Source of the DNA: Camelus ferus
Lineage: Eukaryota
Direction of reading: 5' to 3'
Assembly (NCBI RefSeq): GCF_009834535.1
Contig: NC_045697.1
Coordinates: 76,634,001-76,698,000, forward strand
Length of the DNA stretch: 64,000 bases
Shown: positions 25,501-40,063 of the stretch, in pieces
Layout: each line of letters opens with the position of its first letter
Numbering within the stretch: the first letter of the stretch is position 1
The notes under the pieces: model-generated
The model's input: only the letters and a program-made list of their open reading frames with translations
The model's database searches: none
What the model was told of the DNA's origin: nothing
Translations under genes and position numbers: made by a program

Positions 25501-28277
25501 TTCAATTTTTGCATAAATGTTTTTGTCTGCAAATCTTCTGCACATCTCTTATTTTCTTAGGATAAGTTCCTAGTTGGGAAACGGCTGTGTCAATAGTATA
25601 AACATTTGAAAAGCTTGCCAAAGCTGTCCTCCAGAAAGACAGTGCCATTTTGCACTCCCTGAACATAGAGTAGTGTCCAGCTTCCTGCATCATGGGTAGA
25701 ATTTCAATAATCAAACCAGTTTTGATTTCAGACTGATGATGGCCCATGTTTACTGATAAGGGAGGCCCCCTCCTCACTGAAGGGCTGATTCATCTTGGAA
25801 AGGAAAATAAAACAGGATTGGGTCTGTGGTGGGTGATGTAGGGCTCTCAATCCCAAGATCTTTATCTGTATCATGCCCACTCTGGGAAGCCTTTGTGCTT
25901 TTGCGGGGGAGGTGGGATAGGTTAGTGCCAGGATTAAAGAAGACTCAGTAGGCTTCTCGGCATGATCCAAAAGGGCGTGGGAATTGGAGAGGCTAGGAGA
26001 AAGGTGAATGACTTGGCTGGATGCAGGTGACGGAAAAGATGCTTCCAGGAGGGACTTTCCAGGGGTTAGAGACTGAAGCGCTTCTGTTGGTATATGGAAT
26101 TTTTATTTAAAATATAGATACCACGTTTGGTGTGTCTCTTAATATTTTACAGAAGAATTCCAAAATGGTAACTATAATCTTATTTTAGGGAAAAATGAAA
26201 ACTTTAGAAAATCATTTCTCTGTAGTAATTACCACAGGAGTGGAGTCAATAAATATTTACCTAGAAATCATTTATTAAACCACGCCCCTAATTAGTTGCT
26301 TATTACCTTCTGGAATTACATTATTTATTTACTTTTTTCTTTTCTTTCCCCCCTTTCTCACACATACTGCAATGTAAGCTTCAGTAGAGACTGGTTTTGT
26401 TGCAATTACTCTCCATTCTCAAATACCAGAAAAATGTCTAGCAAAAAATGTGTGGAATTAATGAATAAACAATATTATTCAAAGTATTCTAAATTATTTG
26501 TAATAAAGTCCTATTTCTTTAGACAGATGTAGGTTCTCCCCAGGCACTGAAACAGATGCTGAGAATACAGCAGTGCATAAAATAGATTTTTAAATACCAT
26601 TAAACCATTTTCTTCATTGTGATCTCTCTTCACTGTGTTGGGGGTGAGACATACAGTTAGTTTATTTTTTAAATCTGAATTTAGTGGTACAAATTCAGAC
26701 TGCCTATACAACTGGAAAAAGACTAGTATTCGGCTGAAAGAGATTTTTAATAGTCATGATTTTTCCATTATGATACCGTATTCATGATAGATAAGTAATT
26801 CGGCTGAAGATTAACTTCACAATATTGTTAAATGGATTTCTTATTCACATGCCTTCTCATGGAAATGCAAAACAGTTACAGACAGCACAGCCTTTACTCT
26901 CATTGGAGGTTCGGAGTAGTACCTCTTATAAAAATATCTGGTCTGTAAAATCAGGTCAGGTTCTTGAAGAACAGTAATTAATGTTGATTTTATGGCTCTA
27001 CATTTGGATTTTTTTTTTTTGACAAGAAATAGTTTAAAATAAGTGAGCTAAAGAAAAGATATGTAGGGATGAACTCCGCTCTCCACGGTCTACATCTCTT
27101 CTATTTTTCTCTTGTTTAGCAAACAACATGCCACAAACATTTAGAGATCCTGTGCATGCAACAGTTCTGATGGAGACACAGAATGCTCATTATTCTCGTG
27201 TTCTTTCTTTTTTTTAATTCCAGAAAGTGCATTTCTTGCTTAAATCTGTTCAGGCCAAAATGGGCATTCCTCATATTTTGTTAATAAGCTTGTCAGCTCA
27301 TTATGTGAAAAAGAAATTGCTTGAGAAAACAGCAATTTTGCATACGTTTGACCAAGTTTTAGTCCCCCTTAGGCCACACATAGTTTCCATTTACTAGGAT
27401 TAGAGCTGTTTTCTCGTGACCAGCGGAAATGAGGACTTCTCTTCAGAACAGACCATGAACGTATTTCTCTAGCTCTTGGAAATCATCCTGGCTTATTTCT
27501 GGTGAATGTAATGCACACTGAGGCAAAGACTGCTATGGTTTAAAAGTAAAAGAATGTAGTTTGATCTAATTTTGCTCCTTCTTTGATTCATGAGTCTGTC
27601 ATGAATAAAGTTCCATCGTCAGAGCTGTACGTTTTTATGTCTTACTGGGTAGATAAAAAGGGAACTACGGGTCTGACTGTATCCGCAGCAACATTTTTTT
27701 TTTTATATGGCGGCATATAGATTTTGCTTTTAGGGTCCTTTCTCAGGTTGCCAAGGAGAAGATCATGAGATGGTTTTCATTATAGAACCTTTCTGTAGAC
27801 GTTATTCAGGATAGATCCTTTTGGGAGGAAGCACTTAGGAATTTATATGATATCAGTACTTGCCTTTGAAATCTAGGGGTTGATGGGGGAATAGTAATAA
27901 TGTTTGATTTACACGTATGTCTTAAAATTGGTAATGAGGAACAGGAGTTAATGAGTTCCACCTCTCCTCCTCAAAATTCCCTCACTTTTCCATATGGCAA
28001 GGAGACTAAATAGCACTGTATTGATTTAGGTGCAATTTGGGGACAACTGGAGAAATGAGTGTATTCTACCATACTGTTTTCTTGTCTAAGGCTTTCTGGA
28101 GTTAACTTCCTGTTACTCTATTTAATTTAGATTCCCATTTTAAATGTTAGTGATGAGTGGTAAGCTGCTTTAGTTCTCCACTAAGCAAAAATATCTGGTC
28201 ACATAAATAACATAATGAACTAAAATTATATGACAAAAAATTTCAGAAGGAAAGGCAGGGGAAAAGACTTTCTTTAC

Positions 28278-28340
28278 CTTTGTTCCTGGTAATCCTGGTA
28301 AGCCTGGTTCTCCTTGAGGACCAATGAAACCTGGTTCTCC
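28278..28340 (-). CDS. COL25A1: COL25A1 exon, 63 nt, GEPGFIGPQGEPGLPGLPGTK
   Basis: Gly-X-Y (seen in ORF 28170..28358); acceptor tttttctcaag, donor gtaaag. Confidence 0.95.
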
Positions 28341-28650
28341 CTTGAGAAAAATGGGCATATGAGATCATTATTTATTTGACAGTAAATATGTAAAGTTAAA
28401 CTGATTTCCTTTTCTTCGGATTTTACTTCTTTGATTATATACAGCTTTCTTGCTGAGACCTAGCTACTGACTATAAAATGAATCCGAATTGGTTTTGACG
28501 AGTGAAAAAACTTTGAGCAAAGCTTTGGAGAAGCTTCAGAAAGCAAAAGTGACAAAGAAATCAGAAAAAAGTCTTTACAATTTCCTTTCTCATCTGTTGT
28601 CCAATGCTTCTTAATATTTACCAAATTAAGATCCCTTATATTTGGCTGGA

Positions 28651-29040
28651 TGTGGTAGGTGGCCTCTAAGAAGGGTCTCAATGATCCCACCTCCTGGTAT
28701 GCATGCCCTTGCATAACCCCTCTGCTTGAGTGGGCAGTGGATTTACCACCTCACCTCTAATGAACAGAATGTGGCAGAAGTAATGGGATATCACTTCTGA
28801 GACTAAGTTATAAAAAGACTGTGGCGTCCATCTTGGGGCAGATGCTCCAGCCCAGTAGACTCTTCAGATGAGATCACAGCCATGGCTGATAGCTTGACTG
28901 CCTTATCATGGGACATACTGAGCCAGAGGCACCCAGCTGAGCCATGCTCAAATTCTTGTTCCTCCAAAACTGTGAGAGAATTGTTTTAAGCCACTGTAGT
29001 TTGGGGGTTATAGTGTGGGCAGCAATAGATAACTGATACA
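28651..29040 (+). mobile_element. MaLR solo LTR, MLT1F-like
   Basis: TG...CA ends (TGTGGTAGG...GCAGCAATAGATAACTGATACA), TTTTAAGCCACT motif; near-TSD ctgga/gtgga. Confidence 0.8.
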
Positions 29041-29141
29041 GTGGATGTGGCTGGGGAAGAGATTCAGGAATGCTCAGTACAGAAGGAAAAATACCTCTCC
29101 TTGCCATACTTCCAAAATCTCTTTTCTAAAGAAAACCCAGT

Positions 29142-29950
29142 TGTGGTAGAATAAAAAATATATTTGGTCTTGTTCCTGGTTCCTAAAACCCTTGGAATTT
29201 CCTAATAGTAAGAGTAATAGGAGCATCTTTTGTTATTCATAACAAGTCCCTTTCAAACATGCCTGAGTTTATGCTAATGGGGTGAGTCTTGATGGGCCCT
29301 TAGACAGCTTCAGGATGGCAGGCTGTGGGAAGAAGGTTGAAACTTCCAGCCTTTTCCCTCCTCTTACCATCTCCAGAGAAGGGAAAGGGACTGGAAAGTG
29401 AGTTTAATCACCAATGGTCAATTATTTAATCAATTGTGCCTACGTAATGGAACCTCCACGAACCCCTTAACCAACTAGGATTGGAGAGCTACTGAACTGG
29501 TGAACACATCCACGTGTTGGTGGGATGCTGCACCTCAACTCCACGGGGACAGAGGCTTCTGCGCTTTGAACTCTTTTGCCTTCACCCTATGTACCTCTTC
29601 ATTTGGCTGTTCATCTTTATTTTTTTCTAATAAACTATAATCGTAAGTATGGCATTTTCTTAAGCTCTGTGAGTCATCGCAACAAATTATCAAACTTGAA
29701 TTGGGGTGGGAGTGGCTGTGAGTACCCTGGAATTTGTAGACAAGTCAGATAGAAGTGCAGGTAATGGGTAGGAGTGAGGTTAAGTCCTGAACCCTTAAAC
29801 TGGTGGAATCTGACGGTAACCCTGAGTAGTTGGTGTCCCAGTAGGACTGAATTGTAGGACATGCAGTTGGAGTCAGAGAATTAGAGTTGGAGAACTGGTG
29901 TTGGAAAATACACCGTGTATTCAGTGTTAAAAAACATCTGAGACCAGTGT
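29142..29950 (+). mobile_element. ERVL-class LTR, MER21-like
   Basis: Motifs CTAAAACCCTTGGAATTTCCT, GAGTTTATGCTAATG, ATCACCAATGG and CTATGTACCTCTTCATTTGGCTGTTCAT resemble recalled MER21 family; 3' end approximate. Confidence 0.7.
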
Positions 29951-31565
29951 TCACATATAAACTATAAAGTTTTATTTTCTTCTTAACTATGTGGGCTCAA
30001 CTGTAAAAGTCTTAACTTCCTGAAATCTATAATGAAGTTTTAAAACAAAATTAAACAAAACGTAATGGCTGTGTTCCCATATGTCTTGGGGTTTGTTTGT
30101 TTACTTGTTTTCCACTATTGGATATTTCTGGAGCAGTTGCTAATGTTGTTTGATACATTTGATTTTTTTCTAAGGTAGCTATATTTCAACATTTCTTTTT
30201 TTGGAGCTGAGCAGAAAGATACAGAGGGGATATTTAATAAGTGGAAGAATGTCATCAAACATTTTTGAAATAAGTGAGTTTTAAAAATATGCTGTATAAA
30301 ACCCTGGGTATTTGGTAGGGAATGAAAGGATTTCAGCACCACAAAATGTATCCTATTGATAAATAACTCAAATGGATTTATCTCTAGCTCTGATGCTCAT
30401 GGTACTGGTTTAAGAAAAAAAAAAGTGTAGGGGAACTAATGCTTTAGGTTTATTGTTTGTGAAATTTTTATAATTCTATTCTATCTGTCTCCGTACTCTT
30501 CCACATAACAAGAGGAAAATCAAACAAATAATTTCGATGGCTCTCTTAATGGTCTAAAATGAAAACCAAGCACATTCAGAAAAATCTATGATGGCCATTC
30601 TACTTCTTGTAAAAAAATTTTAACTCGTTATTTTAAGCAACAACAGAAAAAATAAGAAATGTATTTATTTACAAATAAGATAGTTCTTCCAAGAAAATTG
30701 ATATATGCAAATACATAGTCCCTCTCCACCCACAAGAAAAAAGCTGTATTAAAGTCAATGCGTATCATCAGTAATGACTTACTGTCATGAAAATATAATG
30801 CAAGTTAATAGGCTGAAAGTTTACAGGTAGACAAGACTCTTGCATATCTTCAAGTAGAAACAAAATGATTTCACTGTTAGCAAAGCAAATAGAAGCACCA
30901 TTAAAGCATACTAATAGAAGAAAGAAAAAAGAGTAAATGTTGCAAAAAATGTATTTCTTATTCAGGTTAGTGTTTAGTTTATAAAAAGATGAAGCATGCA
31001 GTTTCATAATTCACAAATAAATAAATAAGGCTTTGTGATCTTGGTAGCTAGACAAAAGTGTTTTTTTCTTCCTTCTTCAAAACAGAATATATAGTAAGTT
31101 CTCCTGAGTTAAATGTAATTTCCTTTAAACAGAATGTTTGGGGTGAAAATTTTTATTTCAAAAGACAAAATTAGCAATGCATTGGACACAATAATTTTAG
31201 CACTATTAATACTGGCTAATTCTAAAGGTTTTGGGTGTGATTCGTTATGCCTTATCATGCCACTTTAAGAAAGAAAGAATCTACCATCTCCATACATTCA
31301 TTTCTTATTTCAGTTTTTTTCAAGGAGGAAAATAGCATACTTCACTTTAGGATCACAGTTTTATGTTTATTTAATTCCAGGGCTCTCAATTACTTTAGAG
31401 ACACTGTCTCCATCCTGTCTATATTTTGGCAGGATGTGGAGGAAATAATCATTGCTCTTTTCTGTCTCAGGGTTGAAAGACAATTATTAAAATAAATAAG
31501 GCATAAATATGTCTACTCATGGTATAGATCTGGATGGGCTGTTTCTTACCTTCCTAGGCTTATAC

Positions 31566-32125
31566 CAGAGGTTCTCAGAGTGCCTTTCCACTTATCCTAG
31601 TTAGTGTACAGAGGAGGAAAACTTCATTGATATAATTTCAGATTCCACATTGTACCTAATCTTTAAGTTAAAATTACCACTTGCAGAGATTGGGGTAGTA
31701 TCAAAAAAAGACTATCCACAATTTTATGAAAAGGTTATTAAAATAATCTTCCCTTGTCCATTTACATATCCATAGGAGGCTAGTTTTTCTTTATATACTT
31801 CAACCAGAACAACAAACTGCAATAGATTGAATGCAGAAGCAGATATGAGAGTCCATCTGCTCTCTATTAAGCCAGACATTGGAGACACTTGAAAAAAAAA
31901 AAACTGTCACTCTTCCTGCTAATTTTTAAATTTGTTTTATAAAATTCAGTTATATTTCATAAAAAAAATTATTTAATTAACATATAGTGGGTTGTTTAAA
32001 TTTCTCTGTCTTAATTTCTACCACAGAAATATCAATTGATATAAACTATATAAATGAAAGCTCTTTCAATCCTAATTTTTAAGTATGTAAAAGGGTTTTG
32101 AGTCAAAAATCTTTGAGAACTGTTG
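31566..32125 (+). mobile_element. Charlie1-family hAT DNA transposon deletion derivative
   Basis: Degenerate TIRs CAGAGGTTCTCAGAG / CTTTGAGAACTGTTG; decayed transposase C-terminus (AGATTGAATGCAGAAGCAGATATGAGA...TATTAAGCCAGACATT). Confidence 0.75.
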
Positions 32126-32345
32126 GTACAAAGGTACAGAATTGAATTAAAACTTGACTTTGCAAGCTGGAATCTTGAGGTGCCAAATGATGGAAGATTC
32201 TGGTGTCATTAAGGAGTGGCTTAGTCATGTCTTATTAGACAGTAATGCAAGCAAAGCACTCAGTGCCATCTCTAGAACAAAATCAGTGAACAATAAGTAT
32301 TGTTATTACTGTTGCTCTTACCTTATAGGCTCAAAAATGCTAGCT

Positions 32346-32390
<45 letters not shown>
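32346..32390. repeat. (ATC)15 microsatellite
   Basis: Direct reading. Confidence 0.97.
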
Positions 32391-32392
<2 letters not shown>

Positions 32393-33662
32393 TAGTAGTA
32401 ATATTACATCTCTGCAGCTAATTAGTGATGTCCATGGCGACTCCTTAATTCTTTACAACCTGAATGGAGCTATACTCAATACCCCTTCAACTCCTTTCAA
32501 GAAGTAACTCTAAATTTTCTCATGTGAATATATCATCATTTTATGAGACAATATCCATCTGTCAGAGCATTTAGGATTGCAAAACCAAAAGTGTGTAAAG
32601 TAGAGAAATGACAGGTTTACTAAGAATGAGTTTTCTTCCTGTAAGAAAGGGAAAGGAGAAAATGATCATACCTATTAAATTTCCCTAAATAAATGTAATC
32701 CTTAAAAAGAGTCCTGCCTCTTTGACAAGGACTGATGTAGAGTTCAAAGGTCCTAGAATCTCCTAAAATGTCTAGGAGAAACCTATGACCACCTATGGTT
32801 CTAGAAATACTTTAATGTGATTAAAAAAAATAAGCAAGTGATTATTCTACTTTAGTCACAATTCTAGTTAACCAGGCTAAATGAAAGAGACTGAGTCAAA
32901 GGAAAGTATGGGGAGGCAGCTGAAATATGATTCAGACACAAGGCACTTCTAGGAAATCATCTCTGAAGTAATCAGACTATACAAAAATGAGGTTACATAA
33001 CTTTTCAGGACAATAAACTGGAGGAGTAACTGTACTGGACTGTATGATGCTTCTCAAAGCTGTTTTTACATATCTAATCTTATTTAATCAATGGGAAATA
33101 GGAGATGGCTAAATTGGAAATTATTCACATGTATTGCTTGAATAGACAAGGTAGGGGATAGATGCAACAGAGGGAATTGGGACAATAATGGAGTTAAGCT
33201 CTTACGATACTTTTAATTAAGAAACAGTTTAAATCTAGCATTTTTTTCTTTTTCTTTTTTACAAGGCCATTACTTGAATTAGAAAACCCAATTATAATTT
33301 CAGTGAGCCACTGTAGGAATAACATGGGAACGTAAGGCAGAGAACTTTGAAAAGGGCAGATGCTGCCAGTCATAATCAGGGGCATATGGATTTACACAGG
33401 TAAACAGCAAGTGAAATAGCTGTACTGTTGAAGTGAAAACAATAAAATACGACATTTTCTGAACACAATATTCATCTTTTCAGTTTATGACGTGTTAGTG
33501 CTTTTTAAAAAAATGACAAACAAAAAATGTCTAAGAAAAATGCAGGAAAGACAGAGGCTTTAAACATTGGTTTGTCATGAACACCAGGGCACCCATGAAT
33601 AGCATAAAAGTAAGGTGAGAGCACTGATTACTTCAGAGCCACTATAATGTTTTTCTCATTTC

Positions 33663-33712
33663 TATATATATATTTCTCTCATTTCATATATATGTGTATA
33701 TGTGTGTGTGTA

Positions 33713-33760
<48 letters not shown>

Positions 33761-33762
33761 TA
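33663..33762. repeat. Compound (TA)n/(TG)n microsatellite
   Basis: Direct reading. Confidence 0.9.
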
Positions 33763-33947
33763 TTCTAAGTTTTCCTTCATCTCTCTACCTATTCACTCAC
33801 TATCTCAAGGGAGATAGCATTTTAGGTTTTTACTTTTGTTATCGTTGAGAAAAACACTACAAAGCAGTTGGGATTCCATTCATAGTGAAGGCAACCAACA
33901 GACAGAGTTTAAATGTCATTGCCTTCAAAGGTCAGGCTTCCACATAG

Positions 33948-34066
33948 GAAGAGAAAAAAGTAAAAAGAAGGAAGAGAAGGAAGAGGAGAAGGAACCGTGG
34001 AGGGATGCAGGGAGGGGCAGCAAGAAAGACGGAGAAGACAAGAGAGGAGAGAGGAAGAGGTGAGAG
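33948..34066. repeat. GA-rich low-complexity tract
   Basis: Strongly purine-biased run on plus strand. Confidence 0.8.
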
Positions 34067-37000
34067 GAACAGCATCTTAAGGTGTTCTGTGCCTCCGCCA
34101 TGACCATAACAATTCAATCCAGGATAATCTGCTATTTTTGTTGTTGTTTTGTTTTCACTTGTCCTGGGAATGTCCAATGAGATCTACCCTTGTGACAAAC
34201 AGAAAAATATATACGAGGTAATACCTAACTCTTAAAATAAATACAGGGCTATGATTTAAACAGAACCTGGAAATAGAAAACATACAACTCTATTTATCAG
34301 AATCCTTAATACAATACAAAATTTTGATTGCTGAAACACAATTCATGACTGGCACCAAATTCTGCTATCCAAACCACACACTTACCAGTGATTAAATGGT
34401 TGTCAGAGAAATAGAAATCTCAGCTCTGTTAATGCTACGGTAATACGGCATTAATGCAGTCTCAAATTTCAAAATGAAAAAAAAAATTAGTTTAACTTTC
34501 TGGTCATGTCTTAGATATTGCACTTGATTTCTTCCTGAGTTGTTTTATGAGTTTTGTCCTCTGTTTATTCTTAACAGTAATTAATTAGCTCACCACCAAT
34601 GAGTTCAAAAACTAGGTCTCAATACCAAGATTGTAACATGTTTTCCTTTGTTGAGCTGGTGGAAAAGGTGAATTATAGAGTGGCTGTGGCTTTGGCAACT
34701 AAACTGGGATTCAAGTTGGGCAGAAGAAATACACAGGATAAAGCACAATTAGGTAGGCCTGGTAATAAACTGCTGGCGGCAGCAGCCTGTGAACATCCGA
34801 CACAGGCTGCTAATTTGAATGAAAGCTTTAAATAGCCAGGGCACTGAAAGGTGGACAACCAAGTCTACGAAGAATAGCTATAGCTGAAATCAAAGGCGTG
34901 TCTGTATATGACCCACTTTGGAGGGCCTAACGGCCTCACGCTGATCTTTGCAACTATAGCTAAGCACTTCGGGAGCCACGACTTTGATCTTGTAGTGCGA
35001 AGCTCAATGAAAATAAGTCACAGTAGCTAATACAGGCTACATTTGAAAAATTATCCTGTTTTTTTTTTTTTAACTAAATATAAAGTTCCCTTATAGATTA
35101 GAGTGTCAGTATTGGAGTTTCTCTCTTTGCCTCTTTGTTTTCCTCTGCTTTCTTTCAGGAATTGGCAATATGTACATAGAGAAATGAAGTCGGCTACAAG
35201 AAGATTTAGCCATGGGAAGGTGGGATCTATTCACTCTGTTACGATAAAAGGAAGATGCCTCAAAGATAAGATTTTTGACTGAAGCCATTTTTGCTAAACT
35301 CATTTGATATTACTTTTTAAAAATTTGAACAGCCTATTGAGATAGTTTAAATTTCGTGTATTCTGGCCAAAAAGCCCTGAAAAACAAAACAAAAAACCTC
35401 CAAACAAGGCAAACAATTATCATCTTCACTAACCAAGAGGGCAAAAAACTCCTGGCCTTCTATATTACAAAAAGGCAAGGGGAAGCTAGGAAGTTCTTTA
35501 AAACCATGATCTTTTTGAAATCTAACAATGACTATCAAAGGACCTCATTAAGTCTTAGAATTCCATGATAAAATCTGGACTGATTTTTCCTCAAACCCAC
35601 ATTTAATACATGGCAAGAAAGCATTTCAGACGACCTTACTTTATCTTTTAAATGGCTATTGGGGTAGTTCATGCAATACTCTTTTTCCAAATACGTGAAG
35701 GATGTCCTTCATATAGGTAAGAAGAGTCAGCAAATATGTAGCTGGAATTACTAGTCAAGGTAAGAATCAAGAGACAGCCTCATGTATACAGAAATGGCTT
35801 ACCAGGTGTTTCCCTCTAAACTTCCAGAACCTACCATCTGTTAAATGGAATGGTGGCCAGAAAGTCCTGATTAGCTCTTGCCCACAGAAAAATCTCTGGT
35901 TTTTCATTCATTACCATTTGTTTTATTTTTATAAGTCATTATCAATTAAAGGAGTAAAAGATGTTATTTTTTTAACCTGTCTTAAAAAACCTCTAATATA
36001 CCAGCTTAAACCAAGTCATGTTTTCCATGGTATTTATTACCCCAAGCAGATCGAATTTTCACTGCCCAAAAAATAGTACAACAGAACTTGAAAAATATGT
36101 GCTGATTTGCCTGGGTGCTAAAAGCATCACCAATAATTTTGATTAATGTGTCTTGACACTGAATGCATTAGTTATACAATATTCTTCTTGCTTAAGGGAT
36201 AATTAGAATTCAAGTCAGCATGATACCTATTTTTGAGGATTACAGCAAGAACATTTGTTGTAATAAGAACCTCCAGGCAGCCAGTTTTGGTAATGATTGA
36301 TTTGTAAAATTATTGAGGGAAAAAAAAAAGAATGAGAAAGTAGAGTCTGTCCCCAAAACACTTATTTCCCTTATGGATCACATTTGAGTATAAATTAAAA
36401 CATCTTGGTGGCTATGATGAGAATGAACTACAATAGCAGGTTTATTTAAAACCCAGAAAACATAACTTTCTGATTTTTTTTTTTCTTAACAGGATTACAT
36501 CATGAAAACACACTCGGTGTATTTATTCGAGATTTCATTACGGCTGCTAAAAATCTCTGATTTCTGTTGTATGAGTTTCCTAATTGGACTCTTAAATTAC
36601 TCAACTGCTCAGATGCACTTTGTGCAAGCAGGAAATAATTATAAGTAACAATAACACAATGTTATCCTTTTAACCAGTATTTCTTCCTTTTCTTTTTTCT
36701 TATAGGAAGTCATTTAACATTCTATGTTACTTCCAAAAACATTCTTTGGCTATTTTTTAAAATGTGATTTGATGTTTTTGAGGAAGGAACCTCATCTTCA
36801 GCAGATTTAGAAGCTAAGTTTCTATAGATTACTGAACTCTATACTTAGTCCTAAGAATGCCAAAGTAATGTTTTTGCCATCTGTAAAAATATTCGTCCTT
36901 ATGTGATTTAGTGTCAAGGATGATTTTATATAACGAGGTCTATAAAGAGTTAGTTGCTGTCTCCTGATCTTCAAGTTGTTGATGTGAATGTCAAATTTTC

Positions 37001-37664
37001 ACTAATGTGGAAGTCAGAACAAAAATATCAAGTTTTGAGGGAAAATACTGTAAAAATTTCTTTCACACCTAAATGATTTTTTTTCCTGATTTGATGTAAT
37101 TTTTACTGTATTATGTCTCCGTATTATGTCTCCCTACTGCATTCATTTTACTGTTGATGTAAATTTTTTCCAACTTACTTTCTGAATATGATGTGATAAA
37201 CTAGTAGTCAATGTTGAAAAGAGAAAAGCAAGCATTAAAAATCCATGTTTGTAAAAAATATCTTGGGCTAGGCAACACTATGACTGGGGTCTAGAGATTT
37301 CCATCATTACATGGCAAGTTTTCCTTTTGCTTTTCCTGTGAACAGTGTTGGGGAAGGAGAACTTAGTACCACGTCTCCAAAACGTTGTGTTCCCTCATCC
37401 TTTGTTTCTGGAATCTATTGGGTTATCGGAAAAGGCAAATAGTGTGATGTCATGTTTCAAGAGAAATTAGGCTATCTTACTGCTTTTAAAGATAACATTC
37501 TACCATCACTGCAAAAGAGTTTTCAGAATTTACATCTATGACCCTGTGGAGTATAAATGGCTTTATGATCTCTAGGTTGAAGTTACTCACAGGAGGAAAG
37601 ATTACATGGAATAGGAGCATAAACAACGTTCCTAAAGTTCTGAGTTGCTCCTACAGAAATCACA

Positions 37665-37915
37665 ATAGCTAAGGTTTATATAGCATTTACTATAAGCTTG
37701 GCAATCTTTTAGGAGCTGCACCTATATTAATTCATTTAATCCCCACAACAATCCTCTGAGTTATGTACAATAATAATTCCCATTTTACAAGGAAACAGGA
37801 GCACAGAGAGACTATGTAACTTACTCAATGTCATGATATAGCTTCCTGAACTGGTGCAGGATAGAACCAGGATCTACACACTGGTGGTTTCGTTCTAAAG
37901 TCAAAGCCCTTGATC
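37665..37915 (-). mobile_element. MIR SINE
   Basis: TCATTTAATCCCCACAACAATCCT...CCCATTTTACAAGGAAACAGGAGCACAGAGAG. Confidence 0.7.
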
Positions 37916-38723
37916 ATTGCTCTGCATGACCTAATTAGCAGGATAATGTAATCATAAAAGGGGTAAGCAATTTTTCAAAATGTGTGGAAAGAAAAAATGT
38001 TTGAAAATAGGAGCTTGGACTCTTACTGTTTTATGTGATACCAGAAAAGCTGGTCCCAATAAGTTTTACCCATGAAAAATATATTTAAAGGCTTGTTTAT
38101 AAAAATAATTTTCCCAGCTCAAATCTTATTCCAGAAGACCAGTATTTTCATGGTACATTGTGCATAATTTAATTTTCCCAGTTGAACATCTTAACACTAT
38201 ATGAACCATGAATACATGAAATAGGAACTCCAAATGTCTTCCACATGGCGAGAGTACTCTCCAATACTTGCTCAGGAGGCTTAAGTGTAGTCTGAATTTA
38301 AGTGATGCCCGTTCTTAGTGACTTTTATGTAGGCCTAAGGTATTAGCACTTTTGTCTGAGTGGGACCCTGAGGTGAGAGACAGATGAGTCTGTTGTCTGT
38401 ATTTAGGCACTTTGCTCATTTCCGGAGAACTGTGTGGAAGGCATGTGGATGCTCATTAAGTTTCCAACCATTCCCCGAGAGCAACAGGTGGCAAATCAAA
38501 GCTTCCCGGCTATGTCATGGCTGGTTTCCTCAACGTCTTGGAAATAACGGATGGCATCTGCACACTCTCTGTAGTACCAGCCGATAAGAGGGAGATGAAG
38601 AGCAAGAGGAAGTATTTCCAAAGTGTAAACAAACACACAAGTCGGGGGAGGTTATGACTAATGCTTTTGCTATCACACATTCTAAATCCATATATGGTGG
38701 TTTCTTTTAAATACTATTACTCA

Positions 38724-38862
38724 GAGGGAGGGTATAGCTCAGTGGTAGAGTGTGTGCTTAGCATACATTGAGGTCCTGGGTTCAAACACCAGTTCCTCTA
38801 TTAAAAAATAATAATAAGTGAATAAATAAACCTAATTACATCCCCCCCAAAACCAAATAAAC
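38724..38862 (+). mobile_element. tRNA-Ala-derived SINE, camelid vic-1-like
   Basis: GGGAGGGTATAGCTCAGTGGTAGAG...GGTTCAAA; same tail layout as 2755 copy; TSD ATTACTCA at 38716-38723 and 38863-38870. Confidence 0.88.
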
Positions 38863-40007
38863 ATTACTCATTCAAACTATGAAATCAAGATTAATTGTCC
38901 TAGGGTTAGCTACCTAATAGAAGCAAGGTATATTAAAAGAATAAAGGCTATCCCAAATTAATGAAGCTATACCATAAATTCATAAACTTTTAACTCTACA
39001 TTTTAAAATATCCAAAGACCACTAATGACTATGATGTATTCTTAAACTGTCTCCTTTACAAAATTACTCATTTATACTGAGCACCTACTATATTGTAAGG
39101 CAAGCTTATCACTTACATCCTGAACTAGAGAGAGAAGACAGAGCTTATTGATTCAAAAATAGAATCTGTGATTTAAATAAAATACTGGATAGTTATCCAA
39201 CAGTACTTGATAATTACATAGAAAAGTATCTCTAGTGAATGACTGAAAGGTTTCTGTCAATTGACAGCTTTTTCTCACTATAGTCACTAGTCAGATTAGA
39301 AAAACAAAGGAAAATGTCAGGTTTAAGATCTTGACAAAAATTTGTCTGGCAATTTCCTATAACCTTGGGAATAAAAACATTTACTGGGGGTGGCAAATCA
39401 TCAACATCCTTCCCAATGTGAAAAAATTCAAAACCTTCAGGCTAGTCCACAGATGACCAGGAAATGCCCTGGGACATTTTTCATGGTGGAAGACATAAAA
39501 CAAAAGTAGTAAGGAGAAATAGTAGTAATTGCAATTGTTCTGTTTGTTTGTTTTGGATGGGAAAAAACCCAATACCTTCACCCTTAGGTGCTCTCTCTCA
39601 CCAGGAAACCTCACGCTCAGGAGAAAGGGCAACTGGATTTCCACACCACACAGAGATTCCTGCCACATGACCAGGTGGTGGCAACACAGTGCAACTAACC
39701 TACAAGCAAGTTCTTTTAAATGCCTTCCCCCTCATTTATAATACTACCAGGTTCTTTTAAATTAGTAATGCATATAATTTTCTTAAATTTGTTTTAAAAT
39801 CTGTGATTTTCCAGTTATCTGCAAAACGTTTTTTTAATGTGTGAGATTACTCAGGAACTGCTATAAACGCTACAATATGAAATCACATTAATAATGAAGT
39901 TATTTTTGCTAAATATCAAATGATAAGGAAATGACTTTGACTCTTGAGTAAACTGTTGTCATAGAGTGTACTTGTTCAATGAAGAAGCCAAAGACTAAAA
40001 ATATATT

Positions 40008-40063
40008 AACAGAAATTGACACAACACTGGTAAACTGACTATACCTCAATAAAAAAAAAAAAA
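40008..40063 (+). mobile_element. Very short L1 3' tail with poly(A)
   Basis: CAGAAATTGACACAACACTGGTAAACTGACTATACCTCAATAAAAAAAAAAAAA. Confidence 0.65.

Noticed and set aside
38724..38800. tRNA-Ala-like gene (also at ~2825-2896 and ~47660-47731)
   Set aside because: Degenerate stems, shared non-tRNA tail and TSDs show these are SINE copies, not tRNA genes
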